From the NCBI RefSeq assembly GCF_006345805.1, contig NC_042997.1:139748001-139812000 (forward strand): 64,000 nt of DNA, written 5' to 3'. Below the pieces are notes generated by a model that ran no database searches, was not told where the DNA came from, and worked only from the letters and a program-made list of their open reading frames with translations. Source of the stretch: Octopus sinensis (taxonomy: Eukaryota). This document shows positions 1-11,500 of this stretch, piece after piece; positions within the stretch are counted from its first letter, which is position 1, and each line of letters opens with the position of its first letter. A program made the translations under genes and the position numbers.

Positions 1-489
1 TTTAAGGTTTGACTATATTATTCTAAGAATAATTTCATATAGAATGTATATACATACCTGTCTGTGTGCACACACATATCAGCCATTTTATCACTTAAAA
101 TATTGTATAAATTCTTTCCTTTATACCCTTTTGAAAACAATTTTTTTCCAAGTTGTGCAATATTATTTATTTAAACTAAGAAATAATCTTTTAAGGTTTG
201 TGCTTGATTTGTTTAATAAAATTCAAGTAATGGCTCTTTTATGATATTAGCTTTTCCTTAACTGGTGGTATTTTTTTACCTAGTTAAGAATATTTTGCCT
301 AAGTTTTTAGACTTGGACTTTCCAGTTTATCTTTAGATTGTGGTGGGACAACATTTAGAGTCCTTATTTCACATCAGGATGTATGGATATATAGATTCTA
401 GATTCTTCTACCTATGCATGTAATATAAATGGATTGTGTCTATCTTCAATTTCACAAATTAAAGTTTTCAAATTTTGTTTTGATCTCAG

Positions 490-589
490 GATATTCTCCA
501 AGACCATCCGTATCATATTGACAGTCTTATTCAATTCAGTGAAATCTGTAAAAATGGAGAGGACCTCAACAGAGCTAAAGAATTAATAG
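490..589 (+). CDS. TCF25: TCF25 exon (first in window)
   Basis: cag|GAT..ATAG|gtattt; DILQDHPYHIDSLIQFSEICKNGEDLNRAKELI. Confidence 0.92.
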
Positions 590-1826
590 GTATTTATTGA
601 TAAATTCTTTTTTTTTCCATTCTGTCAAATTCAACATAATTTTTAATTTTGCATTGAATTCCTTTCCATCTTGTTTTGAAACATTTAGAATTTTAATAAA
701 ACTTAAGTAAATTATATAATATTTACATACCAATTCTAGAAATGCATTTAATGTGTAAATTGGTATATCCAATAAATTAATACCTATTTCTTTACTACCC
801 ACAATGGGCTAAACACAGAGAGGACAAACAAGGACAGACAAGTGGATTAAGTCGATTATATCGACCCCAGTGCGTAACTGGTACTTAATTTATCGACCCC
901 GAAAGGATGAAAGGCAAAGTCGACCTTGGCGGAATTTGAACTCAGAACGTAACGGCAGATGAAATACGGTTACGCATTTCGCCCGGCATGCTAACAATTC
1001 TGCCAGCTGTGTGCAGTGACTATATAAGAGATGTATTCGGAGGCGAAAATGGGTTAGATGGGTGCTGATGGAGGGGCAAAAACCCTGAAACATGGCATAT
1101 ACACTCATTACCAATTTTTGTCTTTGACCTCATTGTTTGTTTACATCTGACATCTCAGTATGAAACATTGTAGAAAAAAAATCAGTGCTGGCTATAATTT
1201 CTACCAAACATCTGTAGAAATAACCTTGACAAATTATATAAGATATATGCATGTGTGTGGTTATGTAGTCAAGTAATTCACTTCACAACCACATATGGTA
1301 CTGGTTTTGATATAACTATAGAGCCTTAAGTAAGTTGCTTCTAAAATAGACCCAAGTAAACCAAGACTTGACAGTAAAAGCTGAAATTGTTTAGAAACAT
1401 CAGATGTCTTGACATATCTGTGTGTGTGTGTGTATTATATGTTAAATAGATGTACAATTGCTACTGTTATGTTTAGAATTCCACAGAAATTTTCAAAATC
1501 CAGTTTGTGTTCTGTATAGTTGTTATAAACTGAAGAGAAAATATTGGTAAAATAGGGATAAACGCAAGTTTACATTAATGTTCCATTAAGTATATGAGTG
1601 CATGTATGTATATTCTTTTACTTGTTTCAGTCATTTGACTGTGGCCATGCTGGACCACTGCTTTTAGTCAAAGAAGTCGACCCCAGGACTTATTCTTTGT
1701 AAGCCTAGTACTTATTCTATTGGGCTCCTTTGCCGAACTGCTAAGTTTCAGGGAAGTGAAGACACCAACATCAGTTGTCAAGCAATGGTTGGGGGACAAA
1801 CACAAATACACACACACAGATGTATG

Positions 1827-1860
<34 letters not shown>

Positions 1861-4800
1861 TATATTATATATGATGAGCTTCTTTCAGTTTCTGTCCACC
1901 AAATCCACTCACAAGGCTTTGGTCAGCCTGAGGCTATTGTAGAAGACACTGGTCCAAGGTGCCATGCAGTGGGACTGAACCCAGAACCATGTGGTTGGGA
2001 AGCAAGCTTCTTACCACATGGCCACACCTGCACCTATATATGTATTCAAATATATGTATATATTTTTCAAACCCTTTTAGAATAGGTTATTTATGATCAT
2101 AAAAATATTTTCCAGTCTATATTTAATTTGGCTTCATAATTGTTTTCTTTTTACTTATTTTTCAGAAAGAGCTCTCTTTTCTTTTGAGATGTCATTTCAC
2201 CCACTGTTCAGCCTAACTAAAGGAAATTGCTTACTGGATTTTCGGCGCCAAGAGAACAGAGCATTTTATACTGCTCTTTTCAAGCACATTTTTTATCTTG
2301 GCAGTAAAGGTTGCAACAGAACTGCACTTGAATACTGTAAACTTCTACTTAGGTATAAAGATTCACTGTTATGTTTTTGGTACTTATTTACCAAAAAGAT
2401 GAACATTCATCACTTACATGTTCATCTTATTTTGGTAGAAAAATAATTCAAATACCCAGTTTCATACAAGTAAATTCAAAGACTGAGTTTTGGAATTTAC
2501 TTTTTTATTAGTATTGCTAGCTTGAGAATTTCCTATATTGGCACAAGTCCACTCATTTTTAATTAACTGAACATGGCTCAGAAGGTAGAGCATCAGACTC
2601 ACAATCATGCAGTAGTGAGTTCAGTTCCTGGACTGGGCTGTGTGTCGTATTCTTAAGCAAGACACTTTATTTCATGTTGCTCCAGTTCACTCAGCTGTAG
2701 AAATGAGTTGCAACATCACTGGTGCCAAGCTGTATCGGCCTTTGCCTTTACCATGGATAACATCAGTAACATGGAGAGGGGCAGCTGTTATGGATGGGCA
2801 ACTGCTGGTCTTCTATAAACAACCTTACCCAGACTTGTGCCTTGGAGGGAAAATTCTAAGTGCAATCCCATGGTCATGACTGAATGGGGTCTTTTTTTTT
2901 TTTTTTTTTTTTTGCTCCATTATATGTTTGGTATTTACTTTATCATCTATGGAAGGATGGAAAAAAATTGATCTCAGAGAGCTTTGAACTTAATGCAGAG
3001 GCTGAAACTAAATGCTTCATTCTTAATGATCTACTAGAGCTGGTTTTAGCAACTAGATCAGTGGTTCTTAACTGGGATCCATAAGACTCCTTGTGGTCCA
3101 AAGAAATTTATAAACAAGGGATGGCTATGCTGTCGTGTAAAGTAAAATAAGAATCAAAGGGGTCTATAGAACAAAAATGATTGAAAACCACTGAACTAGA
3201 TCTACAACTGAGAGAGATTTAATCTTTTGCTTAATCAAAAGAAATCAATATTACTTTGTATTTAGCTTTGTCTGTACTGCAAGAAGTAAACCCCTAACTA
3301 ATTGAGGCTACATCTCTGCCTCCAATATATAAATTCTTTGTGCCTTGTCAAAAAGAAATTTATATGTTTAATTAAACATCTCCGATGACAAAGACATCAA
3401 AATAATTACAACTGTAGCTGTAACTGTCACATGGCCAATAGACAGTGTTGTTTGAATGATAGATATAGTGGTTTGTGGATTATATTCCAAGTTAACCATT
3501 TCAAGTGTACAAGGATATAGGTCACAGCAGTGTCCTATATTTGAACATTTTGTTCAAATTTTTGTAGCTTTCTTTACCTATGGTTTGGTAAAATATATTA
3601 CTCAACTAAACTAATCTATTCTCTTTCTCTCACTCACACTTGCACACACACACACACATCTATTCAAGTATACACATTTATTCTTATTTTAGAAGTAAAT
3701 ATTTACACTCCAAAAGATACACTCATATGTGCAGCTACAAAAGCCTATAAGAAGTACACTCATTTATATTGTATGAAAACTATATATAATGGACTCACTC
3801 GTTGGCGGTGTTGTATGAGTGTTCAGCTTTTACTGAATGACCTACACAAATGATTTGTTTATAGTGATCAAACATATGTGCCATACATTAGCTCATTCTC
3901 TCCATCAAATCGACATTGCCTGAGCAGGTGCACAGTGTACTATGCATCAGGTGTCAAAGTGATTGCAGAGCAACATGAAATGAAGTGGTGTTGTTCAAAA
4001 AGAAAATGCAACACCTGGCCTAGGAATTGAAACCATGATCTCGCAGTTGTGAGTGCAAAACCCTAACCACTAGGCCATATGTCCTCATGATACACACACA
4101 CACACACACACATATGATGCACACACAATGCATGCACTCTCATATTAACATTTATATACACTCAGTAACACATAGACACATGCTCAAGATGATACATACG
4201 TACACATGGAGCCTGATCTATGTACACTCTTACAGGTGAATATATAAACAACAACACATCCTAGTCAAATCAAACTAAGCATTCTATATCTGCCCTAAAT
4301 TTAAGCAGGTTTTGTCATAGTCTTGACATTCTTTTTTTCTATGTATTTTATTTCAGCCTTGACCCTGACAATGACCCTCTCTGTGTTTTACTCTTCATTG
4401 ACTACTATGCACTCAGAGCTGAAGAGTTCTCATTTCTGATAAGGTTCTATGAAGAGCAAGAGGTCAGTTGGAATAAAATATTTTTTCTAGAAAACAAAAG
4501 AAAATTTTTAATAAACAAGATCTCAAAATTTTCTTCCCTGAAGTTAAAATGTTAAATGGATTTGCTCTTTTCATTGAAAACTTTTTATTGCTGTTTAGTT
4601 TTTTGTCTGTCGCACTGGGTTCCTTTAGTGGAGTAAATAAGTTTCTATGAAGAGCAAGAGCCTCTTCAGGTTTAATGCTAAATAGTACACAAGTCCAAAT
4701 TCATAAATTATACCTCAAATCTAACAGAGTTATATTGTGCCTCTAAGCAAGGCATGTTACTCAGTTTTTTATATTTTCTATTTAATAACAATGTATCTAT

Positions 4801-7800
4801 TTCGTTTTTGGATTTAGTTTGCAAGATTCTTTATATGAGTTCGTGGGTTGAAGCATATTCTGTTGTGTCTGGGGAGAGTCATTCTCTTTTAGTGCCTTAT
4901 TATTTAACACACTCACTGGTAAAATTTTAGAAAATAAAAATAAGAAATAAGTGGAAATTTTACCAGTGAGTGTGTTAAATAATAAGGCACTAAAAGAGAA
5001 TGACTCTCCCCAGAAACAATGTATCTACTTTACAGATAAATAATTGATATTAGAAAAGTCATCCAAGTGATATAAATGTTCTAAAATTGTACAACTCTGT
5101 GAAAACATATCTCATGTTATCATTGAGAAAAAAAACATGATTTGGCCTGTGTTGCACTGGTTATTCACTTAAATATTTTGTGCTAGGTGTTGCCTTTAAT
5201 GACTGGCATAATTGTACCATCAGCTGTTATTTTTTTTTTTTTGTAATATGAGAGAGGAAAATTGTAAGAGTTTCAAGTTACGAAGGTTGTAGAAATAATT
5301 GTTATTTACATTTCTGTTATAAAGATGATTTTTAAAAAATTTTCTCTTTGAAATTTCAGCCTCACAAAAATTTGTCACAATTACCAAATTTTGCATTCTC
5401 AGTTCCACTAGCTATGTATCATCTGGCAATTCAAAATAATGAAAGTACAGAGAAAGCTGACAAAAGGGTTTGTTATAACCTTTTATTTAATTAGATTTTT
5501 ACCTTTCATTTCAATGCACAATTTATTTATCATAAATGCAATGCTTTTCTTTATTTAAGAAGAAGTAAGATATTTTAATTATTAATTGCTTGGTCATGTG
5601 CTTTGTAAGGATGTATGCTAACGGTGTTCTAAATGTATATAAAACACAAAAGTCGTGAAAAGTTATTTTATTTAATATACATCATTACTGTCAATTAAGT
5701 GGCACTGACTTTTGCCTGTGTCTCCATCCATCTACACCCACTTTTCCTGGGAGGGCCATTGGAATAGAGTCCTTAGCTCAACCTGGAGAGACTCCTTGAT
5801 CTCTGAGTAATACACTGTGCCAAGATCCTTCAGAAGAATCCCATTTCAGCTGCTTGTATTCACCATGTGTTTCATCTGATTTATTGCTTGTTTGACAGTT
5901 TGCTTCTGATGTCTCAGAAGTTAGGAAATTCATTTTTTATTAGAATCAATCATTACTAATCAAAATGTTCAAAAAATAATTCTCTTTTAAAATTTATACA
6001 CATGCGTGTATGTATGTATTAAGAATTTTACAAATAGAAAGCTCAGCTTTATTCAACAAATATGCTGGATTAAATATGGTTTATATTATTAAAACAAAGT
6101 AAATAGCAAGACAATTTCTTTTAGATGTTGTTGGTGTGATATTGATCATAATATTTAGTACTGCAATATGACTAAAAACTGTTGAAAAGAAATAAGTTCA
6201 AATACAAATGCAGAGAGAAATAATTTAACTTTTTATCTTACCATCATCATTTAATGTCTACTTTTTTATATTTGCATGGGTCACTTGGAATTTATTGAAA
6301 CCAGATACTCTTCCTGTTGCCTTATATTGGGGAAATATTTCTTCTGATTATGTGACAGAATAAGAATGATTACTCATTGAGCACAAACGTACTCATTGTG
6401 AGTTTTATTTATGTAAAAACAAAAAACACTATTCGCTATTTCTGAAGGCAGAAATAGTCAAAGGCTAATTTATTGCTTAAAGGCATTTAGTTCCACCTTG
6501 GTAATATCACTTATTCTTTCATTCTTCCAGTATTGACAAAGAAATGAACCTGGTATCTTCTAGGAATAATTCAGTTTATTTACTTCAATCATTCCCTACA
6601 AAGTTGGCTACAACTGGCCTTGTCTCAATAAAAGAAACATTAATTTGTTATAAATTATTTATTAGCAATTTATGTATCACTTAGCATCAGCATCCATCTA
6701 TGTACTTATACACACACATACATAGTCTTTCTCTAACAGAAATTGATTTAATATCTATTTTATTCAGTTACAAGAAAGCCTTCGTATGTTTCCTGCACTG
6801 CTGTTCTTTCTTCTGGATAAATGTAGTGTCAACCCTGCAGGAGTAGTCACCAGTTGCCACTTGTTCACTGAAGCTCAAGTGGGGTAAGTAGTTTTGAGTC
6901 ATTTTCTTAGTATTGGTCATGGGTCCAAATCTGCTGCAGATGTTTTGTTGTGTTCATTGATAGAATATTTTACGTTACATTTTCCTACTTTACTTAGATG
7001 TCAGAAACAGGTACTAAATCACCTGGGAATATTGTCTATGACAGAATAGTAAGCTAGCCAAGAGTAGTTGTCTTTCATCTGCTTCTCACAATTGATCATT
7101 AGATGTGAGCATTTACAATACATTTATGTATGTGTGCACATCCATATGTGCATACAAACACAGACAAAATACTTCAAATACTATATCATACTCTTTAACT
7201 TCTTGCAGATTGCCAAGTGGTTTACGCCAACTGATTGGTCTTTATACTGGGCAAGTCTGGCCTTGTTGGAAAGTTATGCAAAATGTCCAGTGGCTTGAGA
7301 AAAATGTTGAAGTAGTTGTACAAAACTTCCAAGCTGAAAATGATGATAAAAAGGAATATTATCGAAGGTAACTAACCCAAAGTTTTGATTTCTTATTTCT
7401 TGTATAATTTACAGTTTTTTTTTATTTATTGAACTGTTTTCCACTACCTTTTATATACTTTTTTGGAACATTTATTTTTACATCTTGATACTCTCCCTCT
7501 TTGCCTTTGATACTCAATTAAATTGATTTTATCATATTTCAAATTAAAACATACGTAAATAGTGTATTTTGGTTAAAATCATTTCATTTAACATCTTTTT
7601 TTTCATGGCTGGGACAGGAGTAAATTGCAGGAGTAAAAATCCTGCCTCAATTTATTTCTGTCTCAGCCCTGCTAGCATGGAAAAAAAAACTGCAGATGTT
7701 TGAAACAAAGCTATTTCAAATAAAATGCACTGCCGTGTGTCTCAATTTTTACAATAATAAAAATTTTCAATAATTGGTTTCCATTAAGATGATGTTTAGA

Positions 7801-8532
7801 ATGGAATTTAACAGTAAAGTTTTTGCATGAAATTATGATAGGTGGTTTGAATTTAAACACTGAACACTTTGAAATGGGTAGTTTTCTAACAAAGAACCAA
7901 AGGTGATTTTAGGTGTGTTGCTATTTAAAAGTTTTAAAGTGAGTATAATTGGCAAATCATTAAACTTAAGTCCATAAATTACTTTATCAATTTTGTTTTC
8001 ATTGTTATTTTACTAGATTTCACCGACGATATCAAGGCACACCTAGAAATATTTGTCGATATATACTTCTGTCTGAGATCAAAGAAGCTATGTCAGATCT
8101 TCCACCGGTAAAAAGCAATAACTAAACATTTCGGTTTTCTATTTTTATGACTAACTTATTTTGAAATTCTCCCTATTGATCTGTAGCTTATTTCTTAATC
8201 AAATTATGTGTGTTGTTTATAACCCTATTATCTCCCCTAATTTCGCTCTTGCATCTCACGTTTGATCTTTGACTTCTGGCCGAAATCAGATTGCCATGTT
8301 AATTCGCTAGCCTCTGCACGCATTTTTTTTTTTTCTCTCCTTCTTTCTGTGTTTTTTCTCTGTGTATCTTTCTGTTGAAGAGCGTAGGCTCGAAACGTAA
8401 AAGACTTGTTTTATTTATATTTCCTGAGCGCCATACTAATACAATTGTTTGTTTGTATTCCACCTGCCTTCGTCTTTGTTTATTTCCGTAAACCTGCCTT
8501 CGTCTTTTGTCTATTTTCATAAAGCTTCCCGT

Positions 8533-8567
<35 letters not shown>

Positions 8568-11500
8568 CATATAATTTGTTTACATCCCCATAACTTTGCA
8601 GTTTGTAAAAAGAGACCGATTGAATAAATAATAAGCTTAAAAAAATAAGTTCTGAGGTTGATTTGTTTAACTAAAACCTTTCGAGGCAGTGCTCCAGCAA
8701 ACGACTGAAACAAGCAAAAGAATACACACACACACACAGCTGTATCAACCGGACTGTTGGAGGTTGTTGTACACCACTGATCACAATGTGCATCCTCACA
8801 TTGTTGTAGATTTCATATGGTGTCGCCCCAGTGGTTAGTAGGACAGGCCAGTATTCCCCTGAATGGACTGCCTGTCTGTAACAAGGTTATCCATTTACAG
8901 CTGAGTGGACTGGAACAATATGAGATAAAGTGTTTTGCACAAGAATACAATGTGCAGCCAGCCAGGGAGTTGAAACCACAATCTTGCATTTGTGAGTGCA
9001 ACACCCTACCCACAAGGCCATGCACCTTCACTATATTTTATACATACTTGTGTGTGTGTGTTGTGAAAATTGTGATGATATTTGGTTGAGTATATCTGTG
9101 TTTGTTATGTGTGTTTTTTGCCTTGCTTTTCTATGTTTTGTTGTTGTTCCCCTGTGTCACATTTTCAATATATGTATTTGCTCCAGCAAATGACTGAAAC
9201 AAGTAAAAGAATAAATGAATACACACATACACAGCTGTATCAACCAGATTATTGGAGGTTGTTATATGCTGTTGATCACAATGTGTATCCTCGCATTGTT
9301 GTAGCTTTCAAATGATGTCACCCCAGTGGTTAGGCGGACAGACCAGTATTCCTCTGAATATATATACATACATACATATATATGATGAGGCCTATGGATA
9401 TATATATAAATACCCCATTTTTAACTGCCTACACCCTCAATATAACTGACAAGTATAGGCACAAAAAATTACTTTTTTCCATAGGCTGAAACAGCTGTAA
9501 GTGATTTTAATGATTCTTACACTTTATATTAATGTTTTTTTTAATAACTACTTGTATTATTATCTTAAATGTATTGAATTGTATACTGTATATATGTATG
9601 TTATTATGGTTGTAGTTTTGATAATTAATTAATTAAATAAGGTAACATTCTAATATCCTAAAGCTGATAAACCAAGTAATGTGTTTCTCTATTTTCTTAT
9701 TTGTTATATATATATATAATGTATTTGTACACTTTTGAGAGAACATGAAATATATCTGTTTTGGAACAGTGGCTCTCAAAATCCACATAAAGCTATAACT
9801 GATAACATTTAAATGTTGGGTTGAAAAACACTTTTTGGATATTATTTATAGGTTTGTGTGTGTTGCAGCATTCACTGTTTCAAAAGAGATACACACAAAA
9901 ACACACATCTATTATATATTAATTTGTTGAATTTATTAAAAGTGCTAAAATTAGTTTAGTTGACAAGATTTCTATTTCATTGCAGGACATTACAAACTCA
10001 GTTATTCTAAGTTATGATATTTTACCACCAAGGGACAATATAGAGACGTACAAACGGCCACAGAGGTGAATATGAAAGCATTCTTTCTGTTCATTTTCAT
10101 TGTTATAGATTTTTACTGTTTAGTCTATTATATTCTCTAGTATAATAACCATGTTATGATTTGAATTCATGTCAGTATTTCCTTTGCCTTTTAACACTCT
10201 GAGCTCAAAAGAATAAGTACCACTTATAAAACTGATACCAGTTCAGTCAACTATCTCTACATCCCTCAAAAGCCAAATTTTTTATTATTAAGTATCATTG
10301 TTATAGTGAGTAAGAGGGTGCTGTTTCTGTAATTTCAAAACACCCAGTCCTTCAATCTTTGGCACATATGATTGCTCATTTGTTATATGCATAACATTGT
10401 CTACTCCATGTTTGCAATGGTTTACTTAATAAAGTATTTCTTTCTTCTTTTTATATTCTTTTTTTTTTTTAGTGTGTGTGTTTGTGGTGGAGGCTGAATC
10501 CCCTTCCTACCACTAATTACTCAGCTGTAAATCAGGAGTTTATTTATCCATTTATTTTTTTTCTTTTTGTATTCTAATGAATAATTGTTATGTACCATAT
10601 CGTTACCAGCATCGCCTTACTGGCACTCGAGCCCTGTGCTAGTAGGGTAGTAAGAGCACCATCCAAGCGTGATCATTGCCAGAGCGGCTATCTGGCCTCC
10701 GTGCCGGTGGTACGTAAAAGACACCATTCGAGCATGATCGTTATCAGCATTGCCTTACTGGCACCTGTGCCAGTGGCATGTGTAAAAGATTCGAGCGAGG
10801 TCGTTGCCAGTACTGCCTGACTGGCCCTCATGCCGGTGGCACGTAAAAGCACCCACTACACTCTCAGAGTGGTTGGCGTTAGGAAGGGCATCCAGCTGTA
10901 GAAACTCTGCCAGATCAAGATTGAAGCCTGGTGCAGCCATCTGGTTCGCCAGCCCTCAGTCAAATCGTCTAACCCATGCAAGCATGGAAAGCAGACATTA
11001 AACGATGATGATGATGTCCAGGGACATAACTCAATGGCCATAGTAAGATTAGAACTTACAACATTGTAGTCAGAAGTCCTGAGCCTTAACTTCACCGCCA
11101 TTATGCCTTTTCTATAGAACCCTGTACATTCCACCATGGCAACCCTCAACCTCTAACCCTCAACTTAGCCATGATTAAGTAGACCTAAGATGTTCTAGCC
11201 ATAACCATCATATTTTTTGCAGGCATAGTTTACATAGAACTTCATTATCTTATGTGTCCTAGAATTTTTTTTTCCAAGATATTAAAGTGATAAACTATGT
11301 TGAAGCCTGTCAGATGAGCTTGAACCATAAATCTCTGGTCCAGCCTTGTCACGGTGTCAGTCTGATTGTATCTGACAATTATGATAGAGATACAACTATC
11401 GATGGAAAACCCATTCACTTACACTACAACTCAATGGATAGATTGTTGTTTTGTTTAGCCTCTGGTCAGCTCTTATAGACCAGATCTATGTTTAAAGAGA

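Noticed and set aside
780-4088. tRNA genes
   Set aside because: A/B-box-like motifs belong to SINE heads; no complete cloverleaf seen anywhere in the window.
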